Shown here: positions 54,745 to 64,000 of the stretch, one piece after another
How the letters are laid out: every line of letters begins with the position of its first letter
Position numbering within the stretch: the stretch's first letter is position 1
Assembly (NCBI GenBank): GCA_040218735.1
Contig: JAVJQW010000023.1
Coordinates: 384,001 to 448,000, forward strand
Length of the DNA: 64,000 nt
From: Deltaproteobacteria bacterium
GTDB lineage: Bacteria; Myxococcota; Kuafuiibacteriia; Kuafuiibacteriales; Kuafuiibacteriaceae
Reading direction: 5' to 3'
The notes under the pieces: model-generated
What the model was told of the DNA's origin: nothing
The model's input: the letters and a program-made list of their open reading frames with translations, nothing else
Database searches by the model: none
Position numbers and translations under genes: made by a program

Positions 54745-55380
54745 TCAAGCCCCCTCTAGATCACTCATCCGCTCATCAGCAGGGCGAAGACCGCTAGGGA
54801 AGAGCGCACGCGGAATGCGCCGCGCGCCAAAACAGATGCAGCGGGCAACCGCGAGCTCGACGCGATCCGGGCCGCCCTCAGACCACTTCGCTCGACGCGC
54901 GCGATAGGCCCGTTCTTCAACCTCACCCCAGGCCATACACAGCGGACACGAAGGCCCATCGATCGAGTCACCCACCTCGGGTCGCGACGTGACTCCGAGG
55001 GCCCTACACGAGCGACACGGTCGGTCGCTTCGATACCCCAGTCCGGTGCAGACCTCACACGTGAACTGCGGATCCAAACCCGGGAGCAGCCCTAACAGGA
55101 GATCCGACGTTGTCGAAGCGAGGCGCAACCCATCGGCGCATGTCCCCGGATCGATGGGCGATCGAACGAGATCGTCGTGAGAGAAGGAAGAGATCACCCC
55201 ATCGATGTCGAGAAGCAGCACCCCTCCCATATCTGCGATGAGCAGCAGCGACTTCTCCCGCATCTCGGCCGGGATGGATTTGGTTCGTGCGGTCGGTGTC
55301 GGCTCACGCCAACTTCGCCTCACCAGCGAGGCGAAGTCCGAGCGAAACGCATCCGAATAATCGAGCCGAGCAGTCCACAT
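54745..55380 (-). CDS. Putative cognate immunity protein with CxxCxGxG-type Zn fingers
   Basis: ATG 8 bp after the Rhs stop with a GAGGTG RBS. CEVCTGLG, CRSCRALG, CPLC, CIC. GC is lower than in flanking genes. Confidence 0.65.
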   Translation of the reverse strand: MWTARLDYSDAFRSDFASLVRRSWREPTPTARTKSIPAEMREKSLLLIADMGGVLLLDIDGVISSFSHDDLVRSPIDPGTCADGLRLASTTSDLLLGLLPGLDPQFTCEVCTGLGYRSDRPCRSCRALGVTSRPEVGDSIDGPSCPLCMAWGEVEERAYRARRAKWSEGGPDRVELAVARCICFGARRIPRALFPSGLRPADERMSDLEGA

Positions 55381-55388
55381 TGCGCACC

Positions 55389-58300
55389 TCAATCAGGGAG
55401 GATGTGAAGGATAATTTCATCCTGCTTTCGGATCAAGATCTCCCCCGTGTCTCCAATAAACGTCTTCGTGTATCCAAGCATGTCATAGAGCACTCCATTG
55501 CTCAGTTGCTGAACGTTGTCGCCATAGTCGAGCCTCCAGTTGTTGTCGAGCTCTCGCAGCGCGTCGAGCACGACATCCGTCGCCTCCTCTCCAGTTCGCG
55601 GCGCCGTATTGACGTAGGTATCTTCGATGATCGTCAGGAGATCGTGCAGCTCCGAACCTTGCTCGACCAGGCCGGACCGAACCGCATCATCGGCGCCAAC
55701 GGGACAATCCATGTTGTGGGCCCGCAACCGCAAGTCTCCGACCAGAAACTCGTGATCGCCCTCGACCTCGATATTGAAGACACGATGCGACCCGGGCTCG
55801 TGCTGAATCGACTCGATTCGAGCCACACCATCCGACGTCTGAAGCCTCTCGCCAACGAAGAGCCGCGCGACCCGCACCCAATCGCCGCGATCCAACGAGA
55901 ACAAACGATGTCGCCCCGTAGGGTACAAGCGCGACATCCCAGCACCGAAGCTCAACCTATAGAGATCGTCGTTGTAGTGCGTAATCGTCGCCAGCACGAC
56001 TCGACCGCTCCCCCCAACTGGCGGCGGGGCCGGAGAAATGTCGACGATAGTCGCCCACCCCGAAACGCCCGCGTCGTCGGCCTCGATCCGCACCAACTCA
56101 CCCACGCCCTCGACGCCTCTGTCGAGCAACCACGCCTGTGGGCGAAGCAGCGTAATCTCGTAGACGTCCCTCGGGTCGAGCCGATCGCGAAGAATCAAAT
56201 CAATGACACGCCACGTCTCATCAACTCGACTCTCTCTCCCCCCCTGGAACGTCGAAACCCTGTCGCCCACTCGAAGGTCTTCAATTCTCCGCGACCCGCT
56301 GGGGGTAGCAACGAGGGTCCCAGCCAAGAAACAAACCGCCGGCGTGCCACATCCTCGGCACCCGCCAGGAGGTGACCCGGCGCGCGCGCTGGCATCCGCG
56401 GTGTCGGCGCCGGCCTCTGCCGCTCGGCCGGTGCCCTTGTACGCCTTGACCTCGAACTCGACCGCATCACCCGCGACGTCAACGGCGAGATCGAAACCAA
56501 ACGAACGAAAAGCGAGCTTGATCAACCCACTACTCACGACGGGGATTGCGATGGACGCGAGCGTGATCCAGCGGTTCGCGTCGTTCCCAAAGATCGTCTT
56601 CCCTCGGTAGAGCTCGACGAGATCGAACACGATGTCATAGCCACCGAGCACCCCGGCCGCCAGCGGGATCACGGCGTCGAAGTGCTCGTCCAACAGACCT
56701 CGCTGGTAGAGGTGGTAGTACATCAGCGCGAGGAAAATCGTGCCCGGCTCGAATCCCGTGGGATCCTCATACTTCGCGGGGTTGTTGAGCACGTAGGCGT
56801 AGCGGTTCAGGCTCTGGCTGTTGAAGGACCCCGTGACGTAGGGGTCCGGGCTCAGGAACCGGCCGAGGTGCGGTGCGTAGATTCGGCCGTTCATGTCCAC
56901 GAGGCCGAGCTCCGTGTCCGAGTCGTGGTTGGTGTAGCCGCGGAAGCCGGGGTGGATCCTCACGCGCTCCGCGCCGTCGGGATCGAGGGAGACCGGGACC
57001 TCGGCGCCGAACGGATCGTAGCGGTGCTCCTCGATGAGCTCTCCCGCTTCCGTGACGACGAGGGCCGGTGACTGGCTGACGCCGCGGATGAAGTAGCGGA
57101 GCGTTCGTTTGTTCGCGAGCGCCCGGAGGTCGACGTTGCCGATGGCGTTGGCGAGCTCGTCACTCGCGTCGACGAGGCCTTGCGAAGGCGACTGGCCGAG
57201 CGCCGAGGCCTGCGCCTCTCCGGTGTCGCCGACGGTAGGCTCGTCTTCGTAGTGGATCACGTGGGCGACCGCGCGACCGTCGACGGTGATGAAGTAGTGA
57301 CTCGTCGCGTGCTCGGCCGCGATCCCGGTGAGCCCATCGCCTTGGAAGCTCGTCGTCGTTCGGTGCTCGTACTCACCGACGGAGACGACCCGCTCCGTGC
57401 TGTACCCTCCGGGAGAAGAGGCGGGAATCCCGCCCACGAGCGTCGACCGCTCCTTGAGCACACGGAGCCCGTCGGCGTCATACGCGTAGCTCGTGTCCCA
57501 CTTCGAGGACATGATGCGGCGAGGGCGCGCCCAAGGGGTCCACGTGATGTCGTAGTCGGGGCTCGAGATCAGCCGGCCACCCGCGTCGTAGACGTAGTTC
57601 TCGGGGTTCGGAATGCCGATTCCGGTCAGCGCATCCGGGATATGCCGCCACGGCGGAGCGGAGCTGTCGCCCGGGAACGTCGGTGCGCTCCCCTGGGTCA
57701 CCAACGCCCCGTATCCGTAGACGCCGACGCCCGACTTCTGAAGGATGTTGCCCCGCGCGTCGTAGCCGATCTCGACGCAGCTCGCGTACCCACCGCCCGC
57801 GCAGAAGACATGCGGCATCGTGCCGATGGGTTCACCGTCGTCGTCGATCGGAACCGCCAGGCTCGCGGTCGCACGCATGTCCTCGGCGACCAGCGGCGAC
57901 CAAGGATCCGCCGGCGGATCGGAGAGCGTCAGCGGTAAGTAGGAAGGCCCACACGTCGTGGGTCCGCTGCTGTCCATCGTCGTCATTCGCGACTGGGCCT
58001 GCAGGCGAGTCGCGGTCGTCCAGTTCGTCAGCGTCGTGCCGGGCGGGGCGGGCGAGGTCGGGAGGACCGGCGCCATCCCGGGCTGGCTCGCCCAAAGCGT
58101 CAGGCGATCGAGGTCATCGTACCCGTACACTTCCTGCCAGCCCTGGAGCGCGTCGGTGCGGCCGATGAGGTTTCGCTGCTGGTCGTAGTCGAACGTGCGC
58201 GACAACAACATCCCGCCGCCCGGCTCGGTCGCGCTGCGCCCCTGGAGCCCTCCCCAGAACCCATAGTCCGAGACGACCTCGAGCCCTTGCTCCCCCAAAC

Positions 58301-61300
58301 GCTCGGACGTCGTACGGCCGTCGAGATCGGTCGCTTCCCTCCGCCAGAAAGTGCGCTTCGGCGTCGTGTCGTCCAGTGCGTCGTGAATCGACTCGATCTG
58401 TCCGTTCGCTGCGTACGCGAGCTCGATCGCGAAGGGCGTCCCATCCAACGCATCCGGAAAGACGTGGGCGGCGAGCAAGCCGTCGCTTCGATAGATGTAC
58501 CGGTGCGGATACGCCGTGCCGTCGACCTCCAGCGTCTCCGTCTGAACGCGCTGGATCGGGTCATACGTGAAGGTCCGCGTGTGACCGTCGGCGCCCCGCG
58601 CCGAGTGGAGGAGCCCCTTCCCGTTCGTCGCGGGATCGTCATACGTCCAGGTCGAAGCGGCCGACAGGACACTATCGCTTCGAGACGTCACCCGCCCCAG
58701 GGCGTCGTACGTGAACGTCACGACGTTCCCCGTCGCGTCCGTGACCGTCTCGATCTCGCCGAACGCCGTATAGGTGTAACGTTCGATACCCGTCGAAGGG
58801 TCATCGATCGCGATCCGCCGCCCCAGATCGTCGAAGGCGATCCGCGTGACCGTCCCCAGTGAGTCCTCCACGCGCGTCAGGTCGCCGGTCGGGCCGTAGG
58901 CGTAGTGGGTGACGTTGCCGAGCGCGTCTCGCATCCGGGCGACCCGCCCCATGCGATCGATGAACTGGTGCGTGGCCTTGCCGCGCGGGTTGACCTCGAT
59001 GACCCGGGTCCCCATGACCGCACCGTTTTCGATCCAGAGGCTGTGATTCGTCGTGCCTTGCGCGTCGTCCGCCGTGGAGGCCGTGTTCTCGTCCGGCGCC
59101 CGCCGGGCGATGGGCCGCCCGAGCAAGTCATAGGCGAAGGACCAACCGTTGAGATCCGCGTACGCCGGCGCCTGTCCATCGGGGTAGGTGACCGACTCGA
59201 GGAGAACGCGCCCGCGGTTGTCGTACGCTTTGACGCGTTCGACCCACGCGCAATCGAAGGACTCCTTCTGCACGAGGACCTCACGACCCAGCCGATCCAC
59301 GAGTGATCGACGCGCGGGCTTTCCGACCTCCGTGCTCGAAGTGAAGTAAGGGTGGGCACCGTCGATCTGCCCGCCCACGACGTTCCATTCGTAGCCCTGC
59401 GTCGCTCGGTTCTGCGAAGGGTCCTCGACCTCACGGAGCCGCCCGAGACGATCGAAGGTGCGTCTGGCAATCTGACCGGAGAGCCCCTGCTCCCAACAAA
59501 CCTCGCCGAAGGCCGGGTGATAACCTTGGCGACGCTCGTGATTCATGGGGTCCGTGAGGACCGTCGGGTACATGTGCTCGGGGTCCGAGTGCACCGCCAA
59601 GGAAGCTCGCGATGAGGGCGAGCTACTCCCGGGGTTACTCACGACCGACGACGTCAGGTTGCCGTACGCGTCGTAGCCGAGGTCGGTCCGAAGGCGGAGC
59701 GGATCCACCGTCGCGGGAACGAGGTTGGTCGCCGCATCCACGACGAGGCCGCCCATCCCGACCTCGCTCCAGAGCGGGTCGCCCGTGGTGTAGTCGTACC
59801 CCCGAAGCTCGTAATTGACTCGACTCCCGGTCGTCCCTGCCCAGCGATTCTCCTGAGCCACGTGCAAGCCGATCAGCCACACGTTGTGGGCGGGCACCGG
59901 GGAGCTCGACGGCACACGCTTGTGGAAATGCCTCGACGTGAGCTCGAGCGTGTTGCCGTCCGGGTACATGGTACGGACGAGCCGCGGAAAGCCCAGGTCG
60001 TCGAAGTCCGTGTACTCCGTACCCGTCTCCAGGATGAGCTCGGCGACGAAGGGCTCCGTGATCTTTCTCTGAACCGACTCCGTCGCCATGACCGGTCGGT
60101 GGATTCTTCCGAAGCCGGGGACGGTCGGGATCGACGCGTGGGTTCGTACCGTGACGTTGTCGTGCCGGGTCACCTGACCGAGCGTGTCCTGGACGGTGAC
60201 CGTCGTGGATTCCATGCGAACGCGATCCGAATAGGGAAAGCGGTCGTGCGACACATCGTAGCCCGTGTAATCGTAGATCGTCTCGCGCTCGATGGGCGTA
60301 ATTCCGTCGCTGACCTCGACCACCTCGAAACCCATGAACCCTCGGCCCGTCACGCCAAACCGGCCGTTTCGATAGCGGTACTTGATCACCCCCATCGGAT
60401 AGTCGCTCTGGTCATCGCGACGCCCGACGTCCCGCCGCATCTTGCGAACGACGTACATGTTCCCGCCGCGCAGACAGTGCACCGGAAACGTAGCCATCGG
60501 CGAGCAGTTGACCTCGTAGACGTCGTTGTCGACGTGCCCGGTGATCGACTGCGAGAGCGCCAGGTACTCGAAGGCATAGGTCAGGCTGTCCGACGGTTGC
60601 TCGACGATCGTGGACAACAGATGAGGGCGCGTCGTTTGGAAGAACGCATCCCAAGTGTCCGACCCCGTGTTGATCTGCACCGGGTCCGGCGTGCCGTCGC
60701 CCGTGAAGTCTCCCACGACGAAGACCTCTTCGTGGTAGCCGGTCAGGCCGGGAGGGGTCACAGGGGCGGTGAACTGATTGCTGAGCCAGATATCGCTCTT
60801 GGAGAAGTAGGTCGTCGGCCCGGACGTCGTAAACGTCAGGAGGTCCGAACGACCATCATTGTTGAGGTCGACGGCTCGTGTCGGATCCACCAATCCTCCC
60901 GGCCGTGGATGCACGAGGGCGTCGCTCAAGCCCGTCTCTTGCCAACTCGTCGCGATGAAGCCGTAGGCCCCGGTGGAGAACCTCATCTCGACGTTCCCGT
61001 TCTTCTCGTAGATGGCGTCCATCAGGCCGTCGCCGTTGAAGTCCCCGACCTTGGGGTGACGCCGGGTGTCCGGTCCGTCCGTCACGACGATCGCACCGGC
61101 AGCATCGAACTCGTATTGCGTCGGACGGTTCGCGAAGTCATAGGCCAAGGTGGTCCCGCTGCCGTTGGTGTGCATCAGCTCGACGGCGCCGTCGCCGTCG
61201 AGGTCCATCAACAGGACGTCCGACGGCACACCGTTTTCGAGGCAGGGGACGTCCGTGGCGATCGCTCCGCCGCCCTGGAAGATGATCTGGTAGGTGCCCT

Positions 61301-62933
61301 CGAATTCGTCGTCGTCGACCGCGTCACAGTGGAAGAGGTCCGGAAGTGAGTCACCGTCCGCGTCTTGGAAGTGATCGTTGTTTCTGCTCTCGGCGAACCA
61401 GTTGCTGCTCGGCCACCCCTGCCCCTGCGGGTAACCGGGATAGGAGTAGAGCACCCAACCTCGGTGGTGTTTGTGAATCTTGGGTTTGCGGGGTGCCCGC
61501 CAGAACCGCACCGCGAGCTCCGCGACGCCGTCGCGGTTGGCGTCGACGGGTCGGGCTTCGATCGGCTTGGGGTCTTCGCAATCCTCGCAGGGCGGCTGGT
61601 CCGTCATGATCCGAATGGGCTCGGACCAGAAGGTGTTCGTCGGATCGATGGGGTCGACCTGGGTGTACCGAACGAACAACCCATAGCGCCCGAAGTCCGC
61701 GTCCCAGGCGGGCGTACCGTTGGGTTCGACGTCTCGGTCCTTCTGAAGCCCCGCGACGAACACGAGATCATCCCGGCCGTCACCGTCGAGATCGCTGAGG
61801 AAGTAGTTCTTGTACCAGATCGGAATGTTGTCGGTGCCGATGGGCGTGGGCGCGCCAAGGCCTCCATCGTCCGGGGTGTACGTGAACTCCGTCCCCATCA
61901 GGCACGCGCCGATGCCTGGCCCCATGCCATCTCCCTCGCAGACGGTCACGCGGTCGAGGAGCGTCGGAGCCATTCCGCTCCCGGCCGGAGTCTGGTCCAG
62001 CTGGTAGCGCTTCACGAGCTTGTTGCTGCCGAGGAAGACGTCGATCCGAGAGAGACGCCGGCTCTGCGTCATCCGGTGACCGGCCACGAAGTAGTCGCTG
62101 GGTTCTGCGAGCGGCTGGGTGTAGTCGAACGCGATCGTCTTTCCGGGTGTGGACTGCTGGGGATGGTGCGCGTACGTGATCTGGTTCGGCACGACCTCCT
62201 GAGCCTGCGAACCGACACCCAGATGATCGTAGGTCACCCGGTACGAGTTTTGGTGCCGATCGAAGACCTCCTCGACGAACCACGCGTAGACCACGCCTCC
62301 GAGAATCTGCTGCCCCTGAGACGTCGCGCCGTAGACGGCGTACTCACCCGACGGCTGGTACACGACGAACTGGGCGTAGTCACTTCCGACGCGACGGCCG
62401 ATGACCCGCACTAGTGAGTCCTCCTCGAAGCGGAACTCGACGTTACTGCCGAACGCGGCGACTTCGATCAGGCGCTGGCCGTTGAGGCAGATCCGATCGT
62501 CGCCGTCCAAGCGGACCGCGCGCACTTCGCCGTCGATGGCCATCGTCGCGGCGCAGCGATGGATCTTCGGGAGCCCCGCGAGGCTCCACCCCTTGCCGAC
62601 GTGGCTGTAGCCCGCGTGACTGGAGTAGACGAGCGCCAGGCTGGGCGCGATCCGCCCGGGCGGGATCTCGATCGGGACCGTGACCTGGGCGTCGCCCGAC
62701 CGGCCGACACTGGGTTGCACGCGAAGGAACCCAGCGATGTCCTCCCCCGGGGCCGCGGCGTCCAAGTCGGACTCGCAGGCTTCGGTGGCCGGGTCCAGTG
62801 GCCCGGCGACGTTGTACTCGAGGGGTGGGTCCTCGAGCGCACCTCCTTGGCCCTGGGTTCGGGCCGGGACGGTCAGGAGGAGAGTGAGAACCGCGCTCGA
62901 AACGAGCGACTCGACCACGCGACGAGGATGCAT
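55389..62933 (-). CDS. Polymorphic Rhs/YD toxin: signal peptide, SpvB-like, FG-GAP/VCBS repeats, Rhs core, pre-toxin TM region, HINT domain, C-terminal tip
   Basis: IEIPPGRIAPSLALVYSS..G..VGKGWSL; DxDGDG repeats; YD repeats; GRFLSPDP...NRYAYVLNNP...DPTG (56754-56765); CFLAGT (56333)...VFNIEVEGDHEFLVG..RAHN (55713). Confidence 0.93.
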   Translation of the reverse strand: MHPRRVVESLVSSAVLTLLLTVPARTQGQGGALEDPPLEYNVAGPLDPATEACESDLDAAAPGEDIAGFLRVQPSVGRSGDAQVTVPIEIPPGRIAPSLALVYSSHAGYSHVGKGWSLAGLPKIHRCAATMAIDGEVRAVRLDGDDRICLNGQRLIEVAAFGSNVEFRFEEDSLVRVIGRRVGSDYAQFVVYQPSGEYAVYGATSQGQQILGGVVYAWFVEEVFDRHQNSYRVTYDHLGVGSQAQEVVPNQITYAHHPQQSTPGKTIAFDYTQPLAEPSDYFVAGHRMTQSRRLSRIDVFLGSNKLVKRYQLDQTPAGSGMAPTLLDRVTVCEGDGMGPGIGACLMGTEFTYTPDDGGLGAPTPIGTDNIPIWYKNYFLSDLDGDGRDDLVFVAGLQKDRDVEPNGTPAWDADFGRYGLFVRYTQVDPIDPTNTFWSEPIRIMTDQPPCEDCEDPKPIEARPVDANRDGVAELAVRFWRAPRKPKIHKHHRGWVLYSYPGYPQGQGWPSSNWFAESRNNDHFQDADGDSLPDLFHCDAVDDDEFEGTYQIIFQGGGAIATDVPCLENGVPSDVLLMDLDGDGAVELMHTNGSGTTLAYDFANRPTQYEFDAAGAIVVTDGPDTRRHPKVGDFNGDGLMDAIYEKNGNVEMRFSTGAYGFIATSWQETGLSDALVHPRPGGLVDPTRAVDLNNDGRSDLLTFTTSGPTTYFSKSDIWLSNQFTAPVTPPGLTGYHEEVFVVGDFTGDGTPDPVQINTGSDTWDAFFQTTRPHLLSTIVEQPSDSLTYAFEYLALSQSITGHVDNDVYEVNCSPMATFPVHCLRGGNMYVVRKMRRDVGRRDDQSDYPMGVIKYRYRNGRFGVTGRGFMGFEVVEVSDGITPIERETIYDYTGYDVSHDRFPYSDRVRMESTTVTVQDTLGQVTRHDNVTVRTHASIPTVPGFGRIHRPVMATESVQRKITEPFVAELILETGTEYTDFDDLGFPRLVRTMYPDGNTLELTSRHFHKRVPSSSPVPAHNVWLIGLHVAQENRWAGTTGSRVNYELRGYDYTTGDPLWSEVGMGGLVVDAATNLVPATVDPLRLRTDLGYDAYGNLTSSVVSNPGSSSPSSRASLAVHSDPEHMYPTVLTDPMNHERRQGYHPAFGEVCWEQGLSGQIARRTFDRLGRLREVEDPSQNRATQGYEWNVVGGQIDGAHPYFTSSTEVGKPARRSLVDRLGREVLVQKESFDCAWVERVKAYDNRGRVLLESVTYPDGQAPAYADLNGWSFAYDLLGRPIARRAPDENTASTADDAQGTTNHSLWIENGAVMGTRVIEVNPRGKATHQFIDRMGRVARMRDALGNVTHYAYGPTGDLTRVEDSLGTVTRIAFDDLGRRIAIDDPSTGIERYTYTAFGEIETVTDATGNVVTFTYDALGRVTSRSDSVLSAASTWTYDDPATNGKGLLHSARGADGHTRTFTYDPIQRVQTETLEVDGTAYPHRYIYRSDGLLAAHVFPDALDGTPFAIELAYAANGQIESIHDALDDTTPKRTFWRREATDLDGRTTSERLGEQGLEVVSDYGFWGGLQGRSATEPGGGMLLSRTFDYDQQRNLIGRTDALQGWQEVYGYDDLDRLTLWASQPGMAPVLPTSPAPPGTTLTNWTTATRLQAQSRMTTMDSSGPTTCGPSYLPLTLSDPPADPWSPLVAEDMRATASLAVPIDDDGEPIGTMPHVFCAGGGYASCVEIGYDARGNILQKSGVGVYGYGALVTQGSAPTFPGDSSAPPWRHIPDALTGIGIPNPENYVYDAGGRLISSPDYDITWTPWARPRRIMSSKWDTSYAYDADGLRVLKERSTLVGGIPASSPGGYSTERVVSVGEYEHRTTTSFQGDGLTGIAAEHATSHYFITVDGRAVAHVIHYEDEPTVGDTGEAQASALGQSPSQGLVDASDELANAIGNVDLRALANKRTLRYFIRGVSQSPALVVTEAGELIEEHRYDPFGAEVPVSLDPDGAERVRIHPGFRGYTNHDSDTELGLVDMNGRIYAPHLGRFLSPDPYVTGSFNSQSLNRYAYVLNNPAKYEDPTGFEPGTIFLALMYYHLYQRGLLDEHFDAVIPLAAGVLGGYDIVFDLVELYRGKTIFGNDANRWITLASIAIPVVSSGLIKLAFRSFGFDLAVDVAGDAVEFEVKAYKGTGRAAEAGADTADASARAGSPPGGCRGCGTPAVCFLAGTLVATPSGSRRIEDLRVGDRVSTFQGGRESRVDETWRVIDLILRDRLDPRDVYEITLLRPQAWLLDRGVEGVGELVRIEADDAGVSGWATIVDISPAPPPVGGSGRVVLATITHYNDDLYRLSFGAGMSRLYPTGRHRLFSLDRGDWVRVARLFVGERLQTSDGVARIESIQHEPGSHRVFNIEVEGDHEFLVGDLRLRAHNMDCPVGADDAVRSGLVEQGSELHDLLTIIEDTYVNTAPRTGEEATDVVLDALRELDNNWRLDYGDNVQQLSNGVLYDMLGYTKTFIGDTGEILIRKQDEIILHILPD

Positions 62934-63169
62934 CGTGATCGCAGGTAGCAAGTTCTCGCGGCACCGGAAAGCACGAATTTATCGGCATTCCCCAATGAAA
63001 TCCGAAGCCTAGCACTCCCGATTCGGGACTGAATTTCTGAGTCTCGATAAGTATCGAGGGACGGAGATGAAAGCGTCCCGAATGAAATTCAGAGAGGAGA
63101 TTCGAGGTCCGTCAGTCGCGCCCGCGGCGCGGCGAGATTTTTTTTCGCCGCGCGACCCGGGCGGGGGGA

Positions 63170-64000
63170 TCAGAGCGACGCGAGCGCCAAACAGATCTGC
63201 GCGTAGATGCGCGCCGCCGCGTCCGAGATCACCCAATCCGGAGGCGAGCCATCGCCGTCGGTCCGCTTCGCGACCTGGTTCAGCCGCACCCCTGCAAGCA
63301 CGGTCTTCCCGGCCGCATAGGCCGCCTCGGCCCTGGAGATACGGAACGCCAGGATGGCCTGGTGCACCGCGTTCACGAACGCGTTGCCGCTCATGTCACC
63401 CGCGGGCGCGGCGGCGGTGTCGAGCGCGGCGACGTCGGCGGCGGCGCCGGCGAGCATCGTGTTCACACACGTCGCGGCGTAGGCGTCGCAGGGGCGCAGC
63501 AGGTACAGGCGATCCGCGCCGTCGGGCGGCGGGAGGTCGGGCAAGTCGGCGCCGCCGGAGTTGGCGATCGCGACGTCCACGTAGCCGTCGCCGTCGACGT
63601 CACCGAACTCCGCGTTCGTGCTGCGTCCGAGGCGCTCGTCGCCGCTCGGGAAGGTCGCGTCCACGAAGAAGCCGTTGCCGTCGTTGATGAGGATCCGGTT
63701 CGAGTCGCCCAGGAAGCCGTGCCCGAACACGAAGTCACCGACGTTGGTCACGTACAGGTCGAGGTCGCCGTCGCTATCGAGGTCGACGAGGTCGACGTCG
63801 GTCGTCGTGTCGAGGCGCGGGGGCAACGCGCCGCCCGACTCGGTGAACACGCCGAGGCCGTCGTTGAGGAAGACCTAGTTCTGCTCGTTGCGGCTGTTGC
63901 CGACGACGAGGTCGAGGTCGCCGTCGCCGTCGATGTCGCCGAGGACGCCCTTGCGCGAGGAGAAGTTGCCACCACCGGCGAGCCGCGCCGCGGTCTCGTC
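63170..64000 (-). pseudogene. FG-GAP/VCBS-repeat protein (5' end beyond window) interrupted by an in-frame TAG
   Basis: GDIDGDGDLDLVVGNSRNEQN*VFLNDG: the TAG at 63875-63877 lies within a repeat, and the repeats continue in frame on both sides. Confidence 0.6.

Noticed and set aside
55287-56375. 362-aa ORF antisense to the HINT/toxin tip
   Set aside because: No recognisable motif, and it is fully explained as the antisense frame of the Rhs gene.
63170-64000. Amber recoding or pyrrolysine system
   Set aside because: Only one in-frame TAG was seen, TAG serves as a normal stop elsewhere in the window, and no pyl genes are present.

Overview
This is a high-GC (about 70% by eye), gene-dense chromosomal segment, most likely from a Myxococcota bacterium. 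The lineage call rests on a MYXO-CTERM-like sorting tail, Glt-like TPR/TonB genes, myxobacterial Cys-rich repeats and mevalonate-pathway genes. It holds about 42 CDS. I saw no rRNA, tRNA, CRISPR array or transposase. Housekeeping or known genes: dnaE2 and imuB (split by about 10 kb, each with LexA-like boxes), a TetR/P450 pair, an S8 protease, fabH, mvaD/mvaK2, typA, rnd and a Glt-like paralogous operon. The best candidates for undescribed biology are: (1) one polypeptide (14062-15846) that appears to fuse an ExbB/TolQ-like channel, two ExbD/TolR-like domains and a TonB-C domain; (2) a large 5'-truncated membrane protein ending in a clan CD (C80/caspase-like) protease and a tail anchor; (3) a signal-peptide SpvB/FG-GAP/Rhs/HINT toxin with an unrecognised 107-aa tip and a Zn-finger immunity candidate; (4) a three-glycosyltransferase locus with a small B-box-like, Tyr-rich protein; (5) a lipoprotein with disintegrin- and fibrinogen-like, animal-type domains. 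All domain calls come from reading motifs by eye; no database searches were run.
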